DNA from: Saprospiraceae bacterium
Lineage (GTDB): Bacteria; Bacteroidota; Bacteroidia; Chitinophagales; Saprospiraceae
Direction: 5' to 3'
NCBI GenBank assembly: GCA_041392505.1
Contig: JAWKLX010000015.1
Location: 101,222 to 165,221, forward strand
DNA: 64,000 nucleotides
Part shown: one piece after another, positions 37,108 through 47,312 of the stretch
How the letters are laid out: each line of letters begins with the position of its first letter
Numbering within the stretch: position 1 is the first letter of the stretch
Position numbers and translations under genes: made by a program
Notes under the pieces: generated by a model
Told to the model about the DNA's origin: nothing
Database searches by the model: none
Seen by the model: only the letters and a program-made list of their open reading frames with translations

Positions 37108-39612
37108 TTGATCATGAAAACTATCAGCCGTTACCTGATGGCCCTGTTGGCCATTGCCTTTTTTCAACAAAACATCATTGCCCAGTCTGGAAACGTGGGC
37201 GTCAACCAAAACAGCCCCGCCAGTTCGCTCGATGTAAACGGCAACTTGTCCATTGGCAGCACCTACTCGGGAAGCAATGCTGCCCCAGCCAATGGGGCTA
37301 TCATCGAAGGTAATGTGGGCATCGGCACCATAAACCCCGCAACCTACTTGCATGTCAATGCTGCTTCTGGCCCTGCTTTCATATCTGCTTTCACCTCACC
37401 AAATGACTGGGGTGAGATCCTTGTAGGTTGCAACAATAAATTCGTTGGTTTTGGCTCCAATGAAAGTGGATATGGCTACATCGGCACCAAATCTCCGGCA
37501 GATTTTTATTTGAGGACAAACGACGGTGTAAAAATTGCCATTGAGGATTCCACTGGAAATGTGGGCATCGGGACTATAACTCCAGCCTCTATCCTTCATT
37601 TGAGCAAACCTGGAGAAGCTGAGCTATCCATCCAATCAACCAGTCCATTTGGCAGAAGGTGGACGCTACAAAGCAATCCAGCTTCCTCCTTTTTTAAAAC
37701 CCAATTCCAAATCATTGACCGGACGGCTAATGAGTCGAGGCTGGGTATTGATTCGCTCGGTAGGGTCGGCATCGGTACGACTTCCCCCGCCAATAAACTG
37801 GACGTGGAAGGCGGCCTTGCAGTCGGCAGTACCTATTCCGGCACTTCAGCAGCTCCCACGAACGGGGCCATTATCGAAGGAAATGTTGGCATCGGCACCA
37901 TTTCCACTGCGGGTAAATTCCACGTTTCGACCACCGGTTTTCCTTCCTGTGTGGTGGATGGTTCTTCCATCTTTGGTACTTGGTTGTCCATCGGCAATTC
38001 AGGCGGTGGGAATTGGTTTCAAATGATTGCGACCGGCAGTGGCAATGGGGAAGGGGCAGGGAAATTATTGTTCAACCTGGGTTCTGGCCCTAACAGTGTC
38101 ACAAGTAATATAATGACTTTGGACCATGCTACACAATATGTCGGCATCGGCACTACCTCGCCCGCCAACAAGCTCGATGTGGAGGGTGGCCTCGCCGTCG
38201 GCAGCACCTATTCCGGCACTTATACCGCACCTTCTAATGGGGCAATTATCCAAGGGAACATGGGCATCGGCATCAATAACCCCGGTACCAACTTGCATGT
38301 CAATGCTGCGACTGGCCCTGCTGCCATGGCTTATTTCAGTTCGCCAAGTAATTGGGGAGAGATACATGTCGCCTGTAGTGACAAGAAGGTTGATTTGGGT
38401 GTAAATGAAAATGGAATCGGTTATATGGGTACCAAATCCGCCGCCGATTTGCATTTGAGGACAAACGATGGAGTGAAAGTGACCATTCAGGATGCCACTG
38501 GCAACGTGGGCATCGGTAACAGCTCGCCACCAGCCAAACTCTCCATCACCGGGCAAGCCAATTCACCTTCTATTCCCGGTACGACATCCACAGGAATCTT
38601 GCGCGTTGCATCCAGTGCATTCGGTGGTGCCGAGGCTTTGGACTTTGGAAAAATGGCAGTTTTCCCTTACTCAGCATGGATGCAGGCTGGGTACAACGGA
38701 GCTACAACTGACCCTCTTGCCATCCAACCCCTCGGCGGCTATGTCGGCATTGGCATCACATCACCTATAGCCCCCCTCCACGTCACCGGGGTCAGCGGTA
38801 ACAATGGCAGTACCAATATCAGATACTTCAATTACAATAGCATTACGCTTCAAACCAGCACCAATTGGATGGGGCAGACAGCCATCCTCGCCAACGGAAA
38901 CATCTGCGCCACAGAATCCTTCATCTCTGGCGCCAGCTTCAACTTCTCCGATGCTCGCATTAAGAACATCATCGGACGTAGCGATGGGGCCGATGACCTC
39001 GACCGCCTCAACCGAATCGAAATTACCCGCTATATCCACAAGGACACCATCGCCAAAGGCAGTGCCGTGCAGACCAAGGTCATTGCGCAGCAGCTCGAAC
39101 AAGTGATGCCGGAGGCAGTGAGCTACACCCGTGAGTTTATTCCCGATGTGATGCAGGTGGTGGAAAGGATTGATTTTCAAGAAAATACATTCACGGTCAC
39201 TTTGCCCAAGCCGCATGAACTCAAGGTCGGCGACCATGTGAAATGCCTCGATGAAAAAGGGCAGGAACTTTTCGTGGATGTTTTGGCTGCGCCAAATGAA
39301 AATACGGTGGTTTTCAAAACCGACTGCCAACCCTCGCAGCTTTTCATTTATGGAAAACAGGTGGACGATTTTCACATCGTAGATTACGACGCCATCGCCA
39401 TGTTGAACGTGAGCGCTACGCAAGAATTGGCGAAACGGTTGGTGGCTTCGGAGCAGTCAGTCGAAGAATTGCAAGCTGAAGTGGCTGCGCTCAAATCCCA
39501 GCTTTCGGAAATGGATACTTTGAAAAAACAGGTAGCCCAGTTGGCTGCCTCGTACCCCCGAACTCCCGTTCGGGGCTCGCACGAAATTCGCCAAACAGAA
39601 GTTCGGCGATAG
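37108..39612 (+). CDS. tail-fibre-like protein with internal duplication of about 170 aa and C-terminal S74-like intramolecular chaperone domain
   Basis: Signal peptide. The head block (VGIGTTSPANKLDVEGGLAVGSTYSGT..AP.NGAII.GN.GIG) occurs three times. The C-terminus is SDARIKNIIGRSDGADDLDRLNRIEITRYIHKD...VIAQQLEQVMPEAV... plus coiled coil. The 3' end reads through the cccgaactcccgttcggg hairpin. Confidence 0.7.
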   Translation: MIMKTISRYLMALLAIAFFQQNIIAQSGNVGVNQNSPASSLDVNGNLSIGSTYSGSNAAPANGAIIEGNVGIGTINPATYLHVNAASGPAFISAFTSPNDWGEILVGCNNKFVGFGSNESGYGYIGTKSPADFYLRTNDGVKIAIEDSTGNVGIGTITPASILHLSKPGEAELSIQSTSPFGRRWTLQSNPASSFFKTQFQIIDRTANESRLGIDSLGRVGIGTTSPANKLDVEGGLAVGSTYSGTSAAPTNGAIIEGNVGIGTISTAGKFHVSTTGFPSCVVDGSSIFGTWLSIGNSGGGNWFQMIATGSGNGEGAGKLLFNLGSGPNSVTSNIMTLDHATQYVGIGTTSPANKLDVEGGLAVGSTYSGTYTAPSNGAIIQGNMGIGINNPGTNLHVNAATGPAAMAYFSSPSNWGEIHVACSDKKVDLGVNENGIGYMGTKSAADLHLRTNDGVKVTIQDATGNVGIGNSSPPAKLSITGQANSPSIPGTTSTGILRVASSAFGGAEALDFGKMAVFPYSAWMQAGYNGATTDPLAIQPLGGYVGIGITSPIAPLHVTGVSGNNGSTNIRYFNYNSITLQTSTNWMGQTAILANGNICATESFISGASFNFSDARIKNIIGRSDGADDLDRLNRIEITRYIHKDTIAKGSAVQTKVIAQQLEQVMPEAVSYTREFIPDVMQVVERIDFQENTFTVTLPKPHELKVGDHVKCLDEKGQELFVDVLAAPNENTVVFKTDCQPSQLFIYGKQVDDFHIVDYDAIAMLNVSATQELAKRLVASEQSVEELQAEVAALKSQLSEMDTLKKQVAQLAASYPRTPVRGSHEIRQTEVRR

Positions 39613-39638
39613 GTTTTCAACCAATAAAAAAAATCATC

Positions 39639-41167
39639 ATGAAATATATCAGCCGTATCCTACTACTCTGCTGCCTGCCCGTGTTGGCATTTTCCCAACT
39701 GACAAACGATGGTGGCACGCTCACCATCTCCGCCAACGCTACCATAAAAGTGGATGGTGATTTCACCAATATTTCGGGCAGCACTACCACCATTGAAGGC
39801 ACATTAACTGCTTCCGGCGACATCATCAATCAGTCAACGGCCAATTTGGAGGGGGATGGTCAGTATCTCCTTTCCGGCGACTGGTCGAATGCAGGAACCT
39901 TTGCCGCAGGCATGAGCACTGTCACGTTTGAAGGCTCGTCTAATAGTACCTTAACTTCTGGTGGAGATGTTTTTTATACACTGGAAATGGACAAAACCAC
40001 TGCCGACCTGACCCTTGCCGATGACCTTGGCATCGACGAACTGCTCGAATTTTTATCCACCGATAATAAAATCATCCTGACCGGCAAAACCTGACCCTCA
40101 GCTCCGCCGCCGATATTTTGGGTTACGACGAAACCAATTTCATCGTCACCGACGGCACGGGCGAACTGAAAAAATCAGCCCTCGGGGCCATTGCCTTTAC
40201 TTTTCCCGTCGGGTTCGACGCCTCGACTTATAATCCCTTGACTTTGACACAAAACGGAACGGCTGATGAGCTGGGTGTCCGCTGTCTCGAACACCATTTC
40301 GTGGGTGGTAACAGTGGCGCCCAGTTCTCTTCCGAAGCCGTGGACGCCTCTTGGGAAATCACTGAAATGGTGGCTGGTGGCAGCAGCCTCGACGCCACTG
40401 TGCAGTGGACAGCCTCCGACGAACTGTCCTTCAACCGCAGCGACTGTGCAATTGGTTTTTGGGATGGTTCAAAATGGGATTACGGCAGCGTGCCGGGCAG
40501 TGCGGCGGCCGGTAGCGATCCATTTGCCCAAAGTCGTTTGACCATTGGCGGTGTCGGGTTAATTGGGGTGCGGAGCGGGGCAGCCTTGCCCATTGAATTG
40601 GTGGATTTTCAAGCAACGGCGATCAATGAAACGGATGCAATGCTCCATTGGAAAACGGCTGCCGAGATCTACTCCTCGCATTTTGAAATCGAGCGAAGTA
40701 GGGACGGCAGCACTTGGCAGTTGGTTGGAAAAACTATGTCGAAAGGGCAGGGCAGTAGCGAGCAGGATTATGAGTTTTTGGATCAACATGTTTTTGATCA
40801 AAGAAGCCAACAAGCCCTTTTTTATTACCGCTTGAAAATGGTGGACTTGGACGGGAGTTTCGAGTACTCGCCCGTGCGCTCGGTTATTTTCAGCAATGAA
40901 AAAGATTTTATAATGGGGAAATTTTTCCCAAACCCAGTCGATCGAAATGACGCAGTTGTTCAATTGGAAATTTATTCCATAGAAGAAAAGGAAATAGTCT
41001 TAAATGTGCATGATGTCCGTGGCCAGTTGGTCGCCCGTTTTGCGAAACAATTGACGAATGGGGGGCAGGTTTTGACGATCGACTTGGGCGAATTGGCGGC
41101 TGGGGTTTATCAAGTAAAAATCGTTGACGGGGCGGAAGGGTTTATGCAAAGAATCGTTGTGCAGTGA
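39639..41167 (+). CDS. T9SS type A CTD surface protein (paralogue of 18056-19420); one frameshift at about 40090
   Basis: ORFs 39639-40094 and 40118-41167 join as ...IILTGKT|LTLSSAADILGYDETNF... when one base is restored in aaaacctgaccctc (missing c). C-terminal Por secretion tail (FPNPVDRNDAVVQLEIYS...GVYQVKIVDG...RIVVQ). Confidence 0.65.
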
Positions 41168-41331
41168 TTAGTACACTGTTATAGCTCACTCCGTCAAGTT
41201 TGGTGCATGGAAATAATGTTTATAAATGGTTTTATGAGGTTGATAAAAGGTTGATTATCAACTCTTATCGACCTCGTAAAACCAATTTTAACCATGCCCA
41301 ATAATTGGTGGCTCACGGTATAATAGGAACT

Positions 41332-44300
41332 TTACCTTGCCACAACCAATCGCGCCCGGTGCCATATCTGCCCATCTTTTTTTACCAAAATCAGATAGAC
41401 CCCTTCTGGCAGCTCAGTCAACTGTAAATGCTGTGCACCCCCTGCTATCAGGTCTGCCGACCATATTATCTGTCCTATCTTATTGAAAACATTAACGGAA
41501 AACACACCTTCTTCTGCTGCAATTTCCATAAAAAGAAAACCACTGGTGGGGTTGGGGAAAATGCGGATGTCACCATCCTTTCCTATTCTCAGGCTGATGG
41601 TGTTTGAAAAGGAAAATTGACCGTTCAAGTCTATCTGTCGGAGGCGGTAGAAGTTCAGGCCCTTTGGAGGGTTGCGGTGGATAAACTTATAGTTCTGATA
41701 GTTGGTTGAATTGCCTTTGCTCTTCGAAAAACCGATTTCGTCCCAGATTCCCCCATCTCTTGAATGTTCAACGGCAAAGCCAGCATTGTCGGTTTCGCTG
41801 GCAGTTTGCCATTGGAGGCGTATGTCGCCATTTTCTTCGAAGCCCTGAAAATCAACGAGTTCGACGGGTAGGGCAGATTGGTAGCTGACGATCACATCGT
41901 TGCCTTGATAGGCAATGCTCCATTCAGAAGCAGCTGAGGGCCAAGTGATGTTTGCCGGATTGAACTGCGTACCGCCGAAGCCGCCACTGGCGGAAATGAT
42001 GGTAAAAACATCCCCAGCAGTTGGAGTGAAGCTGCCAAAAAGACTGATGACGAGATTGCCACCCAATTGTGCAGAGCCATTGATTACCAAAAGATCGTTG
42101 AAAGGTGGGGCATCCAATTCAATGTTCAGGGTAGCCCCTATGTTTTCGAAAGTATTGACTGTTAGGATGCCGGGCGAGTTGCCGGGCGAGAAGCTGCCGT
42201 CGTTGACTAAGCCACCGTTGAAATTATAACCCCCGCTACCTTTGACTTCTCCACCCGATTGATTGTCAAAACCTCCGGTAAAATCCAGCGTGGAGAAGAA
42301 ACCTGTTTGATCAAGGATGCCCAAGTTTACGAAAGTCGGGCTAAACGAAAAGCTGGACGGTGGACTTGTCAGGTTGTTTTGAAATGTGCCAGTATTGATG
42401 AAAACACCTGTTCCTGAGAACCCGCCTGAGAAAGGCGGAACAGGAGGGGGGGCAAAGGCATCGCTCATCGTTAGCATACCCCCATTATCGAAGGAAGTCC
42501 CCGGGACGAGGTCGAAAGTGCCGCCCTGCCAATCGAAATCCCCGTTATTCAAAATACCGCCGCCCGTGCCGACCTGCAAGGTGCCGAATGATTTGATTCC
42601 CATGGCATTGGCAGCGATAGTTAGCTGTTCAGTCAATGCGGCAGTGCCAAAACTAAACAAGTCGATTTGCCCAAAAGCTTGAATCGTGGTTGGTACATTG
42701 AGTACGCCACCGGAAAAACTAAAATTTCCGTCTACCGTGAAACTGCCGGTGCCATTGATGCTGCCCGAGACAAAATCCACATAGCCGTCCGAGGGCACGG
42801 ATTGAGAATTATTTAAATTAAACGTTCCACCATTGAAGGAAAGCCCCGCTCCTACTCCGAATGAAAACGGATTGCCAATGGTGCCACCATCGTATAAGGT
42901 GAGATAAGTGTCGTCACCAATGTTGACGGTGCCGCTTTGGGTCAAATTTCCCAGAAAATCAATCAAGGCGAAATCACCGTCTAAGTTCATCGAACCGCTG
43001 TTGTCTAGGTCAGGTTGTATAGAAAATGTTGCGCCCGTCGTGGTCGAAAAGGTGCCGTCATTGTTGAAGGTGGCGCCGTTGCCGGAGAGAGTGGCATCGA
43101 AATCCCAGTTGAAATCGGCCCCGGAGGAGTTGGTGAAAGTGGTGCCGGAGGCCAGTTCCAAGCTGCCGCCCGACCAGTTGAAAGTGCCGCCGTTGGTCAG
43201 GCTGCCGCCTGTGGCGAGGTTCAAGGTGCCGTCCGACAGGTCGGTTTGGCCGTTGAGGGTCAGGTCGTCGTTGATGTTTTTGTCACCGCTGCCCAAGAAT
43301 TCGGCATCTCCGTCCACGGTCAGCGGGATGTTGAGGTTGGCGGTATTGGTGTTTTGCAGGGTGAAATTGCCCGTGGTCGTCAGGCTGCCCGTGCCGCTCA
43401 GGTTGGCTGTGCCGATGGGGATGAACTGGATGTCGCCACCCGTGGAAAATGCGGTGTTCAGCGAGGTGTTTGACCGTATCCGCCAGACTTGGTTGTTTGC
43501 CAAAGAAAAAGCAGCGTTGACCGTTGTTGCACGGGTCCAAAACTCCTCGCCGCCGTGCAGGTTCAGGGTGCCGTTCAGGTTGATGGGGCTGCCGTTGAGT
43601 TCCAGCCTGCTGCCCGTGTTGTGGTTGAGGGTGCCGTCGTTGGTGAAATCGCAATTGACGGCGAGGATGCCCGCCCCGCCGCTGCGAGTGAAAATCCCGT
43701 CGTTTTCGAAGATGCCTGAATTTCCAGTCAATACAATCCCATCCATGCTTACAATGAAAGTCCCCGTATTGGTAAATTGTGTTCCACTTCCGTTCAAATC
43801 AATAGAGCCGCCAGTGATGGAATAAATGCTGCTGTTGGCAATGCTGCCACTACTGCCCACGGTCAAGGTGCCATCCGTATGGTTGGTTGGGCCGTTGAGG
43901 GTGAGGGCTGCGCCCAAATTTTTAGCCGAGGCCGTTTCCACATTTAGCGAAGCGGAAGCAGCAATATTGGTCGGCACGTTGAGCGAACCGCCATCCCAGT
44001 CCATGCTGCCGTTCACGGTGAGGTTGCCGCTGCCGTTGATGGTGCCGGCGAGCAGTTCCAGGGTTCCATTTACAACCAGAGCGCCATTAGCGGAAAATGT
44101 ACCGTTCCCAAATTTTTGCAGGGTTACATTTGCCCCGAAGGAAGCAGGCCCTGACGAACCAGAACTGACCTTAATGATGGCCCCGGATGCCCCATCCACC
44201 ACGCCCCCAAGGGTTGAACTGCAATTTAACTTAGCATTACCAGCATTGAGGGTCAGGTCGCCCTCGTTAACGAAACCTACATCGAAAATGAGGTCGCCCG

Positions 44301-46485
44301 TAGCCGTGTTTTTAATGACTTCACCGCCGGATTTATTGGTAAATGTAGAAGAACAGCCTCCATTCACCGTGCCATCGTGGGTCACAGTGAGCGTTCCAAA
44401 ATTGTCGAAGGTGGTGCTGTTGTTGGGGGGGGCGCTGGTCAACGAAAGGAAGTTGGACGACCAATTCCAGTTGCCATTGTTCACGACGTTGCCCCCGGTC
44501 AGCACGGCAAGTAGGAAATCTTGGTTGACTGTCCCGTTGTTCGTCAACGTGCCGGAGATATTATGTGGCACGAACATCCCCGTGATGTTCAACGTGTCGC
44601 CCGCTTCGATGGTCAGGTCAACGTTGAGGTTTTGGCCTTCATCTTTAAAATAGAAATCACCGCCACCGGTCACCGTGAGGCTGCCCGTGCCGCTGATGTT
44701 ACCTGCGGCAAACTCGAAGGGTCCGCTGATGGTCACGGCAGCGTTGACGGTGAGGGTAGTGCCAGCGAAAATGGTCGAGCCGGCTCTCGAAATGGCTGAG
44801 CCAATGGTCGGCGAGCCACTATTGATGACCACGTCGTCAACTGGGCCAGGTGCTAATCCACAGCCACCACAGTCCCATTTAGCAGGGTCGTCCCACGAGC
44901 CGGAGCCGCCCAGCCAGGTGAATGTGTTGGTGGGGCAATTATTCTCAATTTCCGTGGTGCCGTTGCAGCCCGTCGCATTGCTGCCTACGTTGGAAGGCCC
45001 GCCCGCCGCCACGTAGTTGCAGATGCTCGTGACCGAGCAGGCGGAGAGCATGGCCGAACCCGTGAGCGTGAGGAAGGTGATGGTCGTGTGGTCAATGTTT
45101 TCCAGACCGCTGAGGCTGGTGAGCAGGGGGTTATTGGTTAGCTTGATTTGGCCATTGATGGAGCCAAGATTGGAAAGGGCGGAGATGTCCGTCAGGCTGT
45201 TGTTTTCTTCAATAAACAGGCTTCCACCGATGGACTGCACGCCCAACAGCCCGCTCAGGCTGGCCAAGGCATCGCAGTTGTGGACTTGCAAATAATCGCC
45301 CACCGACTGCACGCTGGCAAGGCCCGACAGCCCGCTCAATTGGGGGTTATTAAAAAAAGTGAGGTTGGTGCCGATGGAAGTAAGGTTGCCCAATCCCGTG
45401 ACTGAAGCAAGGATGGCGTTATTGGAAATCAAAATGCGCCCTGTGATGGTGCCGAGCAAGGCAAATCCTGCCACAACGGTCAGGTCGTCATTGTCACGGA
45501 TGTTCCAATCTCCGCCGATGGAGGCCAGATTGGGGAAATGGCTGGCCGAAATGGAGGTCAGGCCGTCGTTGTCCTGCACCAGCAGCCTGCCACCGACCGA
45601 GGTCAAACTGCCAAAACTGGGAAGCGCTGTCAAAGCATCGTTCCGAACAAAATCCAAGTTTCCACCCACTGTTTGGAGGTTGTGCAAACCCGAGATGGTC
45701 GTCATGGCGGGATTTTCCCAAAAGGCAAGGAAGCCGCCGATGGCCTGCACGTTGATGTAACCACCTCCGTCTGTAATTAGAGCATTGCCGTTCAGGTAAA
45801 GGTTGCCGGGTATGGTGGTCATTGAGGCATTTCCCACGCTCCCGCTCGTCATTGCATCGTTGTCAATAATAGTAATGCTATTCCCGACCGAACCAAGAGC
45901 CAGACCGGGTGAGGTAAGCTGTGGGTTTGAAGTGAACTCTACACTCCCGCCAATACCCGAAAGCCCCAGGAACCCCGTGTTGGTGGTCAGCGCATCGTTG
46001 AAATTGATGACGAGGTTGCCGCCCAGCGTCGTCAGGGTCGTCCAGCCGAACGGGAGGGTTTCCATCATTTGGTCGTTGTTCGTGATTTCGAAATTGCCCG
46101 TGACCGAGGCGAGGTCTTGCAGCGGAACGTCAGGTATTAAGGGGTTGTCACTGATGACGACATTGCCGCCGACGGAAGTGATGTGGTGCAGCCCGAACAT
46201 GGAATTGAGGACGGCATTGTTCTCCACGGTCAGGTTGCCTGTCACCGAGGTCAATGATGTCAGACCGGAAAGGTTGTTGATGTCCGCCCCGCTGATGGTC
46301 AGGTTGCCGCTGATGGTGGTGCAGGTGGGAAAATTGGCGGCAAAGTCATTCACGTCCGACTGGCTGTTGAGGGTCACGCTGCCGGGCGGGCATTGGGCGA
46401 GGGCATTTTCAAATGCTAGCAACGAAAAAACGAGCACGATGGGCAGGTGCTTTTTGAAAAAAGGTAAGAGGAAATGAGGGTTCAT
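41332..46485 (-). CDS. giant (1717 aa) T9SS type A CTD surface protein with leucine-rich/receptor-L-like N-terminal repeats and G/T/N-rich beta-helix-like body
   Basis: Signal peptide; repeated L..L..V.G.L motifs; hundreds of residues of GT/NG-rich repeats; the same pre-CTD domain (PVELVDFQG...AGFAVEHSRDGG.WDEIGF); C-terminal sorting tail. Confidence 0.75.
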   Translation of the reverse strand: MNPHFLLPFFKKHLPIVLVFSLLAFENALAQCPPGSVTLNSQSDVNDFAANFPTCTTISGNLTISGADINNLSGLTSLTSVTGNLTVENNAVLNSMFGLHHITSVGGNVVISDNPLIPDVPLQDLASVTGNFEITNNDQMMETLPFGWTTLTTLGGNLVINFNDALTTNTGFLGLSGIGGSVEFTSNPQLTSPGLALGSVGNSITIIDNDAMTSGSVGNASMTTIPGNLYLNGNALITDGGGYINVQAIGGFLAFWENPAMTTISGLHNLQTVGGNLDFVRNDALTALPSFGSLTSVGGRLLVQDNDGLTSISASHFPNLASIGGDWNIRDNDDLTVVAGFALLGTITGRILISNNAILASVTGLGNLTSIGTNLTFFNNPQLSGLSGLASVQSVGDYLQVHNCDALASLSGLLGVQSIGGSLFIEENNSLTDISALSNLGSINGQIKLTNNPLLTSLSGLENIDHTTITFLTLTGSAMLSACSVTSICNYVAAGGPSNVGSNATGCNGTTEIENNCPTNTFTWLGGSGSWDDPAKWDCGGCGLAPGPVDDVVINSGSPTIGSAISRAGSTIFAGTTLTVNAAVTISGPFEFAAGNISGTGSLTVTGGGDFYFKDEGQNLNVDLTIEAGDTLNITGMFVPHNISGTLTNNGTVNQDFLLAVLTGGNVVNNGNWNWSSNFLSLTSAPPNNSTTFDNFGTLTVTHDGTVNGGCSSTFTNKSGGEVIKNTATGDLIFDVGFVNEGDLTLNAGNAKLNCSSTLGGVVDGASGAIIKVSSGSSGPASFGANVTLQKFGNGTFSANGALVVNGTLELLAGTINGSGNLTVNGSMDWDGGSLNVPTNIAASASLNVETASAKNLGAALTLNGPTNHTDGTLTVGSSGSIANSSIYSITGGSIDLNGSGTQFTNTGTFIVSMDGIVLTGNSGIFENDGIFTRSGGAGILAVNCDFTNDGTLNHNTGSRLELNGSPINLNGTLNLHGGEEFWTRATTVNAAFSLANNQVWRIRSNTSLNTAFSTGGDIQFIPIGTANLSGTGSLTTTGNFTLQNTNTANLNIPLTVDGDAEFLGSGDKNINDDLTLNGQTDLSDGTLNLATGGSLTNGGTFNWSGGSLELASGTTFTNSSGADFNWDFDATLSGNGATFNNDGTFSTTTGATFSIQPDLDNSGSMNLDGDFALIDFLGNLTQSGTVNIGDDTYLTLYDGGTIGNPFSFGVGAGLSFNGGTFNLNNSQSVPSDGYVDFVSGSINGTGSFTVDGNFSFSGGVLNVPTTIQAFGQIDLFSFGTAALTEQLTIAANAMGIKSFGTLQVGTGGGILNNGDFDWQGGTFDLVPGTSFDNGGMLTMSDAFAPPPVPPFSGGFSGTGVFINTGTFQNNLTSPPSSFSFSPTFVNLGILDQTGFFSTLDFTGGFDNQSGGEVKGSGGYNFNGGLVNDGSFSPGNSPGILTVNTFENIGATLNIELDAPPFNDLLVINGSAQLGGNLVISLFGSFTPTAGDVFTIISASGGFGGTQFNPANITWPSAASEWSIAYQGNDVIVSYQSALPVELVDFQGFEENGDIRLQWQTASETDNAGFAVEHSRDGGIWDEIGFSKSKGNSTNYQNYKFIHRNPPKGLNFYRLRQIDLNGQFSFSNTISLRIGKDGDIRIFPNPTSGFLFMEIAAEEGVFSVNVFNKIGQIIWSADLIAGGAQHLQLTELPEGVYLILVKKDGQIWHRARLVVAR

Positions 46486-46527
46486 AGTCGAAAATTTTTA
46501 GGTCGTTTTCATTCGGTTTTTGAGGTC

Positions 46528-46583
46528 ACGTACTCCCGAACTCCCGTTCGGATGCGCTCCCGAACGGGAGTTCGGGAGTACGT
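46528..46583. terminator. perfect 24-bp-stem hairpin (nested palindrome)
   Basis: acgtactcccgaactcccgttcgg-atgcgctc-ccgaacgggagttcgggagtacgt, between the start of the giant gene and the stop of 46583-47068. Confidence 0.55.
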
Positions 46584-47068
46584 CAGAAGTCCCCTTTCGC
46601 GAGGTTGTATTCGTAGTTCCAATAGCTGCACACACTGACCAGCTTCCATTTTCCTGCTACTTTGCGCAGCATCTTAAACCCTTTCACATGGGTAAACTTT
46701 TCACCCGATGCGTCACTGGGGTACTCGTCGTGGGTCACATACGCCAAGTCCCCGACCACAGTGATTTTTACGTTTTTATATTCAAAATCAGGGTGGACAG
46801 GCTCGGGGTTTCCTTTCAGTTGTTTTTCAAAAGCTGGCCCTAATTGCTTCCAACCTTCGTGGATAGTGTAGGTGCCGTCCTTGTTGTTCCAGCCGTGGAA
46901 GACTGTTTCGTCCTTCACCCAATGACTGGCCCACAGCTCAAAGTCTTTTTGGTAATAAGCAGCGGTTTCATCGTGGAAGGTTTGGTGGATGGCGGCCTCA
47001 TCGGAATCTGTTTGGGCGACTGACAAGAAAGGAAGAAGGACGACCAGAAAGGAGTAAAATGATTTCAT
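46583..47068 (-). CDS. secreted NTF2-like/SnoaL-like fold protein (hypothetical)
   Basis: Signal peptide MKSFYSFLVVLLPFLSVAQ. About 140-aa mature domain with W/H/Y-rich motifs. Start trimmed from ORF 46583-47125. Confidence 0.4.
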   Translation of the reverse strand: MKSFYSFLVVLLPFLSVAQTDSDEAAIHQTFHDETAAYYQKDFELWASHWVKDETVFHGWNNKDGTYTIHEGWKQLGPAFEKQLKGNPEPVHPDFEYKNVKITVVGDLAYVTHDEYPSDASGEKFTHVKGFKMLRKVAGKWKLVSVCSYWNYEYNLAKGDF

Positions 47069-47312
47069 GATTTTTTGATTTGATTTTAGGTCAGGAACTA
47101 CTGAGTGGCAGTTCGCAGGCGGCAAATGAAAGACAGCTTCGGCAAGTTCATTTTAGTTATCATTTCAAAATTTGCAGTCAGGGAAAAGAGGGGGAGGGAA
47201 ATATTGTAGCTATTGTTTCACAACGTGCAACATGACGGGTTTAAGAAATTGAGAATCAATTGCTTGTGTATGAATTGAGTTTGTGGGTTATATTCTTGCC
47301 GATAATACGAGT

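Noticed and set aside
38761-39423. 220-aa minus-strand ORF
   Set aside because: It is antisense to the S74-like domain of the tail-fibre gene.
42908-45760. Multiple 100-300-aa plus-strand ORFs rich in P/V/L/S
   Set aside because: They mirror the repetitive G/T/N-rich giant gene on the minus strand, so they are an artefact of repeat composition.
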